From positions 1,426,001 through 1,490,000 of the forward strand of contig OX337234.1 of assembly GCA_946965045.2 (NCBI GenBank): a DNA stretch of 64,000 bases, read 5' to 3'. Position 1 is the first letter of the stretch; every line of letters begins with the position of its first letter. This stretch comes from Epithemia pelagica (taxonomy: Eukaryota > Protista > Bacillariophyta). This document shows positions 33,501 to 42,705 of this stretch, piece after piece. The position numbers and the translations under genes are program-made. Below the pieces are notes generated by a model. It made no database searches, was not told where the DNA came from, and saw nothing but the letters and a program-made list of their open reading frames with translations.

Positions 33501-35361
33501 TTCCGTGTACATGGTTCAGAAATTCTTCTCGGCCAAACGGAGCATTATCGGCGCGGTACTCTCGTATCTTGACACCGTATTCATCCGCGAACCGCTCAAA
33601 CTTCTTCTTCGAACTGATCGTCTCACCAACTCGAAGGGACACTTGGTTCGCCAAGAAGATCATGCCAGAGGCATGATCGACAAACAGAGTTCCCCCTCTA
33701 TACTGTTCTTCGGTCCTCTCTTTGCCGTACGTGTGAGGAAGACGGCCACGAATCGTGGATTCGTATTGGTCAATCGAAACACAATCTCCTGGTTGAAGGT
33801 GCTCCCTCTTGAGCATACTGTCTTTCCCATCCACCAATCCACCGTGATTCGAATGAGGCGTCCGGCGATGTTGCTTCCCGAGCATACAAGCTGCGCATAA
33901 AGGTATGACACAACTTGTTGTCTTTGCTTCTTTTGTCTCCAACACTAACCGTCGACTGTTTGCTTTTGGATCTCGACAGAGCGTCTGAATCCATTGCATG
34001 TTGGCATGGCCAAGCTTCCAGTGCCACAGCAAGAGTTCCCTTTGCGATGCCGTCAAGTTCTGGTTAGTCTCGTCGGCCACAGTCATCAAGCCACTGTGAT
34101 TTGCCGTGGACAAGGCCGACTTGACGGAATATCCATCACCCAGCATCGTTGCATCTTCGAAGGTAAGTCCCATTTGATTCACATTTCCTGTGAGCATAAA
34201 GGGAAGATTACTACCGGCGTTATATGGAAATTCTAACCATGTCCCATCTGGGATTTGCAACTGCGTTTTCTTGTGGTCGAGTACCAGTTTTCCAGCTTGC
34301 TGCTCTTGAAAGAACGTTTGCGGGCTGAATAAGCGAATCGATGCCTCTGGTACGTAGTATGCTTTCGTCTTGATCGTTCGAGCTACCCCCATAACGTCTC
34401 TAACCATCCATTGGACCGTGCCAAAACCTCGGACTGCTGCCGTTCCAGACAATCCATTCAACGATGAGATTTCGGCCGGTTGAATTGGTCCGACGAAGTC
34501 TTGGAGATTTGGCGTCAACGATTTGGATGCTCCGGAATCGATCACAATGGGAAGCACATCTTGTTCTCGTTGGCTCATGTACACCGTCATGCGACGTGAC
34601 AATTCGCCAATGGTCTCACGATTCAAACCAGAACAATCAACCTGGTCCAACGGGACAGTGACGGCTTGAAAACTTTTCAGTTGTCCAAAATTGGCTGCTG
34701 CAACCATGCTTTGTCGCAACATCAGTTTCCAAGGGGTCTTTCGTCTTGTAAGGTCAGCTCCAAGCCACGCCCCATGACTCAACAATTTTATTGTCTGCCA
34801 CTGACGACCTGGATCGACTTGTGGTAGCAAAGAATCGTCCTTCAGGGCCAAACTCCAAAGCGACAATCCACCAAAGATTTGATCTCGAAGAGTCTTTGTC
34901 ATGTCGTTTGTCGCTCCCTCTGGAGACGACGTTCTCGGGTTGGTCCAGTCGTCCCAGTCGTCCGTGTTGTACCAAAGACAAGGACGGTTGTTTCGCCAGA
35001 TCACACGATGGACTCGACGTCTTGCTTTCATTTTGAGGCCATAGGAACGTACCGATTGTCTCAAACGAGGTTTTGGTGGTCTTGGTGGAGTGCTCACAGC
35101 AGGAGCAGCTGTGGCTCCGGACTTGGAGGCTTGCTCGACCAAGCTCATGGCACAACAAAGGCCTAAGAACAAGGCGAGATACAGTAGGAATAACCACGGC
35201 AGATAAAGCCAAACTAGGTCTCCCATCCCCCTCATGAGCGCACAGTCGAGTAAGGATGAGAAGATAGAGGTCACCCAGGTTTCCCTCCTGGGACCATAGC
35301 GATGATAGGGGCGGCCTACACCAGATGGACCGTCCAAAGACGCCACCCAGCGGCCACCCCA
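30541..35361 (-). CDS. pol: Copia Pol: hydrophobic leader, protease, integrase, reverse transcriptase, RNase H
   Basis: IVIDSGAS, LWHWKLGH...CAAC, YRADN, QNGVAER, RSLYGLKQAP, LVYVDD, YVDADFAG, WEDN, ADIMTK; the frame is open from immediately after the gag stop. Confidence 0.95.
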   Translation of the reverse strand, partial: WGGRWVASLDGPSGVGRPYHRYGPRRETWVTSIFSSLLDCALMRGMGDLVWLYLPWLFLLYLALFLGLCCAMSLVEQASKSGATAAPAVSTPPRPPKPRLRQSVRSYGLKMKARRRVHRVIWRNNRPCLWYNTDDWDDWTNPRTSSPEGATNDMTKTLRDQIFGGLSLWSLALKDDSLLPQVDPGRQWQTIKLLSHGAWLGADLTRRKTPWKLMLRQSMVAAANFGQLKSFQAVTVPLDQVDCSGLNRETIGELSRRMTVYMSQREQDVLPIVIDSGASKSLTPNLQDFVGPIQPAEISSLNGLSGTAAVRGFGTVQWMVRDVMGVARTIKTKAYYVPEASIRLFSPQTFFQEQQAGKLVLDHKKTQLQIPDGTWLEFPYNAGSNLPFMLTGNVNQMGLTFEDATMLGDGYSVKSALSTANHSGLMTVADETNQNLTASQRELLLWHWKLGHANMQWIQTLCRDPKANSRRLVLETKEAKTTSCVIPLCAACMLGKQHRRTPHSNHGGLVDGKDSMLKREHLQPGDCVSIDQYESTIRGRLPHTYGKERTEEQYRGGTLFVDHASGMIFLANQVSLRVGETISSKKKFERFADEYGVKIREYRADNAPFGREEFLNHVHGSGQRISFSGVGAHHQNGVAERAVKTTMSWARTMLLHATIHWPEQMHLHLWPFAVEHAVWLWNHLPNRRTNIAPLEIFSGITFSDFHHLQRSHVWGCPVYVLDPKLQDGKKLPKWQAKARRGQFLGISPDHSTTVGRILNLRSGFISSQYHVVYDDLFSTVPNADSGGLLDEPNLNGDFWQRLLAAGTESNLPDDDDDDGNLELGDEWMTDSEIAERNARRQSRPPRPLPTPPLPIVPVPTSVDGGRGRATRNHVRFQPPLEQPTERGQGPDPPAEPGELPSQDQTGGLLPPEGAPNGELLPPEGEADEAEHEIVFEDDSDDDSTTRQEEIERRNRHFAEPDPESHGRGKRERRPNRHLFDERLWASTAYFPRGSTRPKQKVRRELLNAQFLQSLTWDTLTSAIASKSKDLLAMDLWLDRHTDPDTRWIEEMHPMALATKADAADNPSWEQAMNGPDKDGYWEACKKEYNTLHEKMKAWEVVARETWMNVLPGTWAFKCKRYPDGSVRKLKARFCARGDKQVEGVDFFDTFAPVVNWTTVRLMMILSIILNLSTVQVDYTAAFVHAPIDKDPNWDKMTEEEQKKSGVYVEMPRGFAQPGKVLKLTRSLYGLKQAPRNFFLHLKSKLEQVGLKSQEHIDPCLFMSDKIIVLVYVDDTLIYSPKREWIDEFLGKLQNQQNVTLEIEDSVAGFLGVHIERNDSDGTITLTQKGLIKRIVEALHIGDKPMKRTPASKDPLVANKNGTPAQCKFSYPSVIGMLQYLQAHSRPDITYAVSQCARYTHDPKTTHEEALERIGQYLKGTMEKGLILRPTYDNLNVDCYVDADFAGLWPHEDKMDPSCVKSRTGFAICIANCPVIWQSKLQSDIATSTMEAEYTALSVAMKSVLPLLDLLKTVARGVGMTEDQRTKFKTTVWEDNNGALTLANMEPGRFTPRSKFYAIRMHWFRSHLKPNRVTVEKIETSKQRADIMTKGLTKDTFETIRKLLCGW

Positions 35362-37104
35362 TCAGGAGAAATGCTCCACGAGACTGCGGAGCGACTGATC
35401 GACGGAGCGTGCCACGTTTGCGACTGCAGCATCGAGCTCAGCGCGATTGACAGTAGAACCAGCCACAGTACCAGTCGCTCCAGTGAGCGTGCTGGTCGTG
35501 CTGGCATTGTCGGCTCGCGCGGCATGAGCACTCGCATCTTGGTTGGAAGAATGCGTCCGATCCGGAACCCAGCGATGCGTGCGATGGTTGTAGAACATAT
35601 GTTTTCCATCAATCACGCGTCGATTTCGCTCGTCCGACTTTGGAGGCGCCCACTTTCCGGATGCACCACCTGCTCCAGAATTTGAGGAACTCGTCCCATT
35701 GGCTGCCTTCTTCGAACCAAACTTCTCTTTGTTCGCAGCGATCTTCTGTTCGTTGCGGGGTTCCGTGCACTTCGGTGCCGTATGTCCCGGCTTTCCACAA
35801 TTCCAACAAATTGGTTGGGGCTTGCCATTGCCAGAAGAGGCAGTATTGGCAGCTTTCTTGGCATCTTCTTGGGCATTGAACACGGAGTTCTTTCCTTTCG
35901 TTTTAGAACCGTGCCAGTCATTGCTGCTGCATAATTCATTATACTTAGTTTCGGCTAAGCGAAGTAGAACATCAACTTCCAAACCACCAGTGTCATCAGG
36001 ATCCCCTTGAAGTTTCCCAATGTCCCGTGCCATTGTGTAAGTTTGCTCGATATAGCGGAAGTAAGAGTTAAATTTGCCAACGGATGAAGTTTGCATGACC
36101 TTTAGCACTTGCTGATTAAAGCGCTCTGGAACTTTCTTGACCCATTTCAAGCGCTTGTGCGCACCACGGATCAAACTTACAACACGAAGAACATTTTCAC
36201 CTTGAAACTCATTAATCTTCAAATTCTTAACCAAATCTTTCAAGTGATCAATAGCGGCTTCCGAACTTGAAACCAGGATGTTCATCATAATGACGAAGAG
36301 CAGAGGACCCCCTTGTTGAATGGTAGGGTAAGTCTCAAACTGTTCGTAGCATTTTTCAAACAGACTTTGAGTCATGTTATTTTCCAGATGCTTGTAGGTT
36401 AGTACCAAATTCTCCCGGTACCAATCCTTCTTGGTCCAGCGGCGATACCATTCACAACTTGCTGCAACTTCATCGGGAGTAACTTCCTCATAATTTAAAT
36501 ATAGATCTACAGTACGAGACTCGATACTCCGGGATCCCTTCAACTTGGGAAACACAATCGTGAACACATCATGCATATCATAAACCATATGCGTGTCCTT
36601 GGTCTTGGAAATCATGATGGAAGTGTTGTAACACTCATCCAATTTCTTTTCATCGGTCAAACTCATACTCGTGAAAGTATATTTCGTTTGCGATGTCTTC
36701 ACAGCTTCCTTGAAGAGATCTTGTTTCTTCTCTGAGGACATCTTCTCCCTGTTCTCTTTCCGATATAGAGGTCCTTGATCTGCGACACCATATCCCCTTG
36801 AACCTGGTTCCACCAGCTCAATTGCCAGTCCCCCAACCATGAATCGGGTATCTGTATCTAATGGGTAGTCATCGCTCTTTGAACTCTTATCCGAATTGTT
36901 TTCATCGCTTGTTCTTCTTTGTCTTCTCTCATTAAGACCCTGAAGCGTTTCGTCGAGTGTTCGGAATCCAAAGTCGGATTCCCGATTGTCGGTTCCAGTC
37001 TGGTCTTCCGCTGAGGCGTCTTGATAGTCCTCATCGTCTCCCGTGTTAGCCGGTGCTGCACCTGAAGCGGGTGAAACATTTGCCGAGTCTTCTGCTCGCG
37101 CCAT
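35362..37104 (-). CDS. gag: Copia Gag with CCHC zinc knuckle
   Basis: CWNCGKPGHTAPKC; ATG at 37104, ~100 nt inside the 5' LTR end; TGA at 35364-35362. Confidence 0.9.
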   Translation of the reverse strand: MARAEDSANVSPASGAAPANTGDDEDYQDASAEDQTGTDNRESDFGFRTLDETLQGLNERRQRRTSDENNSDKSSKSDDYPLDTDTRFMVGGLAIELVEPGSRGYGVADQGPLYRKENREKMSSEKKQDLFKEAVKTSQTKYTFTSMSLTDEKKLDECYNTSIMISKTKDTHMVYDMHDVFTIVFPKLKGSRSIESRTVDLYLNYEEVTPDEVAASCEWYRRWTKKDWYRENLVLTYKHLENNMTQSLFEKCYEQFETYPTIQQGGPLLFVIMMNILVSSSEAAIDHLKDLVKNLKINEFQGENVLRVVSLIRGAHKRLKWVKKVPERFNQQVLKVMQTSSVGKFNSYFRYIEQTYTMARDIGKLQGDPDDTGGLEVDVLLRLAETKYNELCSSNDWHGSKTKGKNSVFNAQEDAKKAANTASSGNGKPQPICWNCGKPGHTAPKCTEPRNEQKIAANKEKFGSKKAANGTSSSNSGAGGASGKWAPPKSDERNRRVIDGKHMFYNHRTHRWVPDRTHSSNQDASAHAARADNASTTSTLTGATGTVAGSTVNRAELDAAVANVARSVDQSLRSLVEHFS

Positions 37105-37193
37105 TGTTCTCACCTTCTCTCTGTCCTATCTTGCCAGAGCACTCACTTCCTTGACACCGTACAACCTTGGGAAACCTTCTACAGCGTAATACT

Positions 37194-37206
37194 TGGGCTC
37201 AGAACC
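37194..37206 (-). promoter_or_regulatory. Primer-binding site, half-tRNA-iMet type
   Basis: GGTTCTGAGCCCA abuts the 5' LTR; resembles GGTTATG(G/A)GCCC of Drosophila copia and Ty5. Confidence 0.75.
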
Positions 37207-37443
37207 TGCGAGTAGTGGAAAAGAACGGCGGTCTCTTTCCCATTGAGCAATCCGTAAAAGGATACTTATTCTGATAATCACTATTATGTTAGTCCTAAAT
37301 TCTCACTAAATTCACTTGGATCTTTTCTTCAATATCTTTTGGATGAGTCATTCCATCCAACCGTTCACATATACGTCGCTCATCATTCGTGATTGATGAG
37401 TCTTGTTGCCGAGTATAAGCTTGCTACCCCAGCTATACTCGCA
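37207..37443 (-). repeat. 5' LTR
   Basis: Identical to 30279-30515 except GAGTATAA versus GAATATAA. Confidence 0.97.
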
Positions 37444-38461
37444 TTTGGGCACGAAAATCCCGGAGATTTCAATTTTCCCTCAACATGTAGAAAAGCCGTC
37501 AGCATGGGACTTTGTTGCCGCGGGAGATTGTAAGGGAAGTACTTGGGATGGGACATCTCATGCAGAATTGGGACAGATCATGTCCTACGTACATCGAATG
37601 CTTGATACTCAACCGAAAAGGCAGTTTGCCTATGGCTTTGTAACCAACAACAGGATTGTTGTTCTCGTCAAAGGATACAGATCTGAAGATCATCCCTATG
37701 TTGTAAGGTGGTACCAATCAAGCGTCCTCGCTTTTGAACATGGTATGAAGCTTTTGCTACAGCTGATGCATGAAGACAATGGGTATCATCCGCCCCCCAC
37801 TGTGCGCGGATTTCCCATTTCCTTTCACCAAACTCTCCGACCGGGAGAGACATGTCGGGCATATGGAGCAAACTACCGCGGGGCATCGGTGGTTGCAAAA
37901 CTATATGTGGATGCTGCAAGTGCCACTGACAATGCTTCTCGAACAATGAGAGCTGCGGAGATTGTTTCCAATGCAGCGAGGAGCAGAACCATGACGCTTG
38001 CCCAGGTGCCTAATGTTGTCGCCACGGAAGGAAACTGGTGTCTGATAACACCCAAAGGCACTCGACTGACCTGGGAAAATATTACCAAGGTCCATATTGA
38101 TCGACTTGTCCACACATTGAAGGCTGTTCATACTTCCGGTATTATCCATCGGGACGCTCGTGTGTCAAATATTTTGTATTTGAGTGACGATCAAGTTCTG
38201 CTCAATGATTGGGGATCTAGCGTCCCAGCAAACGAGACTACCTTGTATGCTGGGGCACCTGAACCTCACATCCACCCGTCAATTCCCTTGGCAGATATGT
38301 ATCAGCCATCTGCTTGTCATGATTTGTATTCGTTGGTGTCATCATTGGCTCAGCTGCTGATGCCAGGTGTCAACACAACGTCGAGGAGTACCTTGTTTAA
38401 AGAAGCATTCAATGCCGCGAACGCCTGTAACTACAAAAGTGTCTGCGAAAGCATCAAGTGA
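37444..38461 (+). pseudogene. 3' part of the Crinkler-like gene: REase-like domain plus protein kinase
   Basis: KIPE...AAGDCKG...ELGQIMSY...QPKRQFAYGFVTN; kinase motifs VVAKLY, HRDARVSN, LNDWG. In frame with the 5' part once one TSD is removed. Confidence 0.8.
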
Positions 38462-38994
38462 CACATGCGGCGATAGGGAGAAACCAAAAGTCTCTGACTG
38501 GTTTGTTGTTATGGATTGTTGGTGGTCACACGCACGGGATTGGTGGTTATGGAGCATTCTATGTATGGAATACTGTATTCGGTGGCGCCGCAGTGGCTCA
38601 CATGGCAGAATCTGACGCCAGAAATGTTGCTTTGGTTACCCTCTGATATTCTCACGTTCAAGGGTGAAATGTTCCAACGATTGTGTACGCATCTTCTTTG
38701 TTGCCACGAAAAATCCGCTCTTTCTTATTAAGAGAGTACGTTCATTTGGGCCATTTTTCTGACAACATCACTCAATGTGCTGTAACCTGTAACGCATGTA
38801 GGTAAGAGACACTAGCTGGCTCTATTGTACTACCACTTTCTTTTGACCTTTCGAAGAACGTTTGGTACTAAGAAGGCTTTCCGTGCTTTCTAGTCACTGG
38901 TATGTTAACCTCCAACCTCCAAGCAGCACTGAAGCGGACTCCAGGAGACGTCCAATCATGTGTTGCACGAAGTTATTACTGGTAGCTGTTCGAT

Positions 38995-39825
38995 CTACTT
39001 TGTTTCGGTAGCCGGCACGAAACTGGACAAATTCCATAACCCGTCGGCTCGAATGTTGGTCCCCGAGATGAAGGACGCTTCATCACTGAGCAGAAAGGCC
39101 ACGAGACTGGCCACTTCGTGTGGTCGACCGGCGCGACCCCACAAGGGTTGCAAGGTACTGGCAATGCTATCGTAAGTGGCGGTATCGACGGGAATGAGAG
39201 ACGTGGCCACCACACCGGGCATGACGCCATTGATGCGGATGCGAGGGGCATTCTCAATGGCGGCCGTTTCGACCAAGCTATTGACAAAGGCCTTGGAGGC
39301 TGAGTAAATGGAGGCACCGGCACTCTTGGGGGCAATCACAGCACTGGCCATGCAACTGCTATTGACCACAATTGACCCAGTCGGAGAATTCGGGTCGTCA
39401 CCGACCGTCTTGGCAATGGCCGGAATAAGGTGCCGCAGAGCATAAATGACACCCTTGATATTCACATTCAACATATCGTCAATGGCTTGATCGGTGGTTT
39501 CCGTCAAGGGTGTTTGTGCATGCAAGGACCCGGCATTGACAAAGGCACTGGTGATCCCTCCAAAGGCGTCCATAGTGGCTTGAACCGCCTTTTGGTTGTC
39601 CTCGGAACTGGCGGCATTGCCCGTCACAACCAAGGTTTGAACGTGGGGAAAGGATTCCTTGATTTCTTTTTCGGTGGCTTCCAATTTCTCCTTGCCACGG
39701 GCAAACAAGGTCAACGCCTTGACATTCTTGCTTGCCAAGTACAGAGCCGTGCCTTTGCCCATTCCAGCCGAGGCTCCCGTGATGAGAACAATCTTGTCCG
39801 CAAAAGGATTTTCCTTCGATGTCAT
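38995..39825 (-). CDS. Short-chain dehydrogenase/reductase
   Basis: TGASAGMG, NAG, YSASK, INGVMPG, VAFLLSDEASFISG. Confidence 0.92.
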   Translation of the reverse strand: MTSKENPFADKIVLITGASAGMGKGTALYLASKNVKALTLFARGKEKLEATEKEIKESFPHVQTLVVTGNAASSEDNQKAVQATMDAFGGITSAFVNAGSLHAQTPLTETTDQAIDDMLNVNIKGVIYALRHLIPAIAKTVGDDPNSPTGSIVVNSSCMASAVIAPKSAGASIYSASKAFVNSLVETAAIENAPRIRINGVMPGVVATSLIPVDTATYDSIASTLQPLWGRAGRPHEVASLVAFLLSDEASFISGTNIRADGLWNLSSFVPATETK

Positions 39826-40171
39826 GCTTCCTTTCTCCACAAACAATAATGTCGTTTCGTCAATCGTCTTGCTTGGATCTGAACACGAGAGCTCTCGACT
39901 ACGTAATGCGTTTTCGCAACCAATCTCACTGACATCTTCCTGAACAAAAATGATGCTCTTCGAAGTTCAAAAGATACATGAAAGGAAGTCATGACGTCAG
40001 ACGAACAGCTAAGGATGTCACCGCGTATGGGTCGCATAAATAGGGCGAACTGAATGCGAGATCCACGTGGAAGAAGCTTCGAGAGACTTTGTGAAGATAT
40101 AAACGCTAAGGAGTTTGTAGGTAGTTCACGTCCAATGGCAATGGTTTTCTGTACTCCTCCTCTTTCATTTT

Positions 40172-42166
40172 TTGTTTTATTGTTCCAAGAATCTTTCTCA
40201 GATTTCTGTTCGACGACGACAAAAGCCAATGGTGATACCATTACGCATACCATTACGAATCGCATTCGGTAGGCCACTCTGGACACCACGGAGGGCATGG
40301 TGTCGAACGGCGCTCGCACACCAGCTGCAAGTCGCCCTCCCTCGCTCGATTCATTGCACCGTGACAACGTCCCACTCCTCTCAAACCACAACCACCAGTG
40401 CCAATGGCAAGACATCAACGACGACGACACCATGTTCCTCTGTTCGGTTGCGAAAGTATCGATTGTCGGAAGGTCCCACGGGTCGACAGACCCTCGAATT
40501 TTGTCCAACGCTCCAGACATGGCGACCGGTGCCACCATCCTCCTCCTCCTCCACAAAGGACACTCCGGCATCATCCCCGCCGCTCTCCTTCAGGTCCTCC
40601 TTGAATGACATTCCAACATGGTTCCATCGTCATGTCGTGGTTCATTTTTTACCCGCGCGGTATCCGTATTCCGTCGCATCGGGCTATGCCTCGTATGCTC
40701 AATACTCGTTTGTGGCATCTGTCGCGGGCAGTGCCAGTCTCGTCTTGTCGACGCAAACCTTGCTCTTGGCCGTGGGTGTGGTGGGCAGCTCCTCACCGGC
40801 TTCGGCCTCGGTCTTGGCCGGTGCCTGGAATTGGGTCTTGAAAGATGGCATGGGGCAATTGGGTGGTGTCCTGTTTGCCAGTCGAGTCGGACAATCGCAA
40901 TGGTTGGATGTCTATCCCAAACAAGCCCGTCTCGTGTCCGCCGTGTGTTTGGATCTCGCAAATGGCATGGAACTCTTGACACCCCTCCTCATCCTTTCTC
41001 CTACCACCACGAGTAGCGTTGCTGCCAGTACGGGTGCGGCAGCAGCAACAACAGGATTCGGTCTCACGTCGAGTCAAGGCGTGTTGATTGTAGCGAGTCT
41101 GGCCAACGTCTTGAAAAATATTGGCTTTTTGACGGCCAGTGCCAGTCGAGCGGCCTTGCATCAAGCCTTGACCACCACCACCACAACAACAACCGCCGCA
41201 TCTTCCTCCAGTAATGCTGGTGGTGGCAGCCCTAATTTGGCCGATGTGACGGCCAAGGCGGGGACACAAGCCATGGCGGCTGGATTGCTGGGTACCGCCG
41301 TGGGGTTGGCCGTGTCGGCGAGTTTGCTGGCGGTGGGAAGCACGGCCACGGAGCACTATTATTCCTATTTGGCAGCCTGTGGCATGCTCAGTCTGGTCCA
41401 TCAAGGGTGTACCTATGCCAGTGTCCAACAGGTACCGCTCCCCTTTTGGAATCGACCTCGATTGGAACAAGTCCTCCAACACATCATGGTCCAACAACAA
41501 CACCAGCGAGACAAGAACGACGGAACTCGTACAAACGTAGAGGTTTGGTCCCCCGCCCAAGTGGCACATCGCGAACCCCTGTGGCAAGGAGTGTGGTGGT
41601 CGTCGTCGTCCTTGTCGTCTTGCTGGCTGACCATTGGAAGTCCACTCATGGACGGTCAAACCCCCGAAACGAAGAAGGAGGAGGAATGGTCCAAACTGAT
41701 TCAAGATCCATGGTGTCAAACCGACGGCTACCTGTTGCAACTCCAACGTGATGACACCCATAACAAGACTGCCACAAAAATCCACTTGACCTTTTGGGAC
41801 CATGTCACGGGACCGGGCATGATTCTGGGAGTGTGGCATGCCCATGTATTGTATCAACTTGTCCTCCTATCCACTATGACTGATGCATCCACCACCAACA
41901 ACAACAACAACCAAACGACGACTACTACTCCAAACCATCAAGACCAGGCACTACTGGAGGAATCGTACCGCATGGTCCAAGGTCAACGTGACCATGTCTT
42001 GCAAGAAATGAACCGCGTGGGATGGAGAATGGACGTTTCGTCCATTTCTGTGGAACTAGCCCATGCTGTACGACTCGCATGGGTCCAGGTAGAACAAGAA
42101 AAGGAGGACACGACCAACAACAACAAGAAGACCAACCCACATGAAAGTAACCATGACAACACATAG
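40172..42166 (+). CDS. RUS1/DUF647 (root UVB sensitive) family protein
   Basis: FLPARYPYSV, VLSTQTLLLAVG, WVLKDGMGQLGG, NLADVTAKAGTQ; start uncertain. Confidence 0.85.
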   Translation: MFYCSKNLSQISVRRRQKPMVIPLRIPLRIAFGRPLWTPRRAWCRTALAHQLQVALPRSIHCTVTTSHSSQTTTTSANGKTSTTTTPCSSVRLRKYRLSEGPTGRQTLEFCPTLQTWRPVPPSSSSSTKDTPASSPPLSFRSSLNDIPTWFHRHVVVHFLPARYPYSVASGYASYAQYSFVASVAGSASLVLSTQTLLLAVGVVGSSSPASASVLAGAWNWVLKDGMGQLGGVLFASRVGQSQWLDVYPKQARLVSAVCLDLANGMELLTPLLILSPTTTSSVAASTGAAAATTGFGLTSSQGVLIVASLANVLKNIGFLTASASRAALHQALTTTTTTTTAASSSSNAGGGSPNLADVTAKAGTQAMAAGLLGTAVGLAVSASLLAVGSTATEHYYSYLAACGMLSLVHQGCTYASVQQVPLPFWNRPRLEQVLQHIMVQQQHQRDKNDGTRTNVEVWSPAQVAHREPLWQGVWWSSSSLSSCWLTIGSPLMDGQTPETKKEEEWSKLIQDPWCQTDGYLLQLQRDDTHNKTATKIHLTFWDHVTGPGMILGVWHAHVLYQLVLLSTMTDASTTNNNNNQTTTTTPNHQDQALLEESYRMVQGQRDHVLQEMNRVGWRMDVSSISVELAHAVRLAWVQVEQEKEDTTNNNKKTNPHESNHDNT

Positions 42167-42198
42167 CGGCTGTCACATCCAAGGTGTGTATGTCGGAA

Positions 42199-42318
42199 AT
42201 ATGCTTCATTCCAAAGGGAAAATACATGTACGTCATTTCGTTTCCAACCATTATTGGAAGACGAAATGACGTACATGTATTTCTCCTGTTTGCTGATTCC
42301 TTTTGGAATGGGGAATAT
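42199..42318. repeat. Long inverted repeat / fold-back
   Basis: Perfect 22-bp arms 42220-42241 and 42261-42282, inner TTCCAA/TTGGAA stem, outer imperfect arms. Confidence 0.9.
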
Positions 42319-42705
42319 CACCACAACAGAGGGAGACAAGTGATGACTGTCGAAAGAGATTGGCGCGTTTGTCATTTGAGTGGACATTGGATCGTGGCAG
42401 CTGTATCATGGTAGGAATACGGAGTCGGACCAATCCAGGCAAATTCTTCGTTGTCATTCAGTATCGTTGTTGCTGTCATCCACAGAAAAGCCGTCAGACT
42501 CCAGACAATCTCGACCCGTTGGCTCCCATCGTGTAGATGAGGTCGTTAGGCGCAGTTGCAGAAGGCCATGTTGTGACAGTTTGAAGATCGATCCAGTAAG
42601 CAGCACGGTCTAAAATGGATTATGAAAGCTCCTTGTTGACCAACCAGAAGATTATCAATTAACTATTAAAAATAAATTATCGATTAGAATAAAGCTTCAA
42701 AGATT

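Larger units (their letters stand above)
30279..37443 (-). mobile_element. Complete Ty1/copia LTR retrotransposon (diatom CoDi-like), 7165 bp
   Basis: Two 237-bp LTRs (TGCGAGTA...TACTCGCA), 5-bp TSD TTTGG (30274-30278 and 37444-37448), gag plus PR-IN-RT-RH order, PBS and PPT present. Confidence 0.97.

Noticed and set aside
40380-42130. ACA/CAA microsatellite-like runs
   Set aside because: In-frame poly-Thr/Asn/Gln tracts, common throughout this window.
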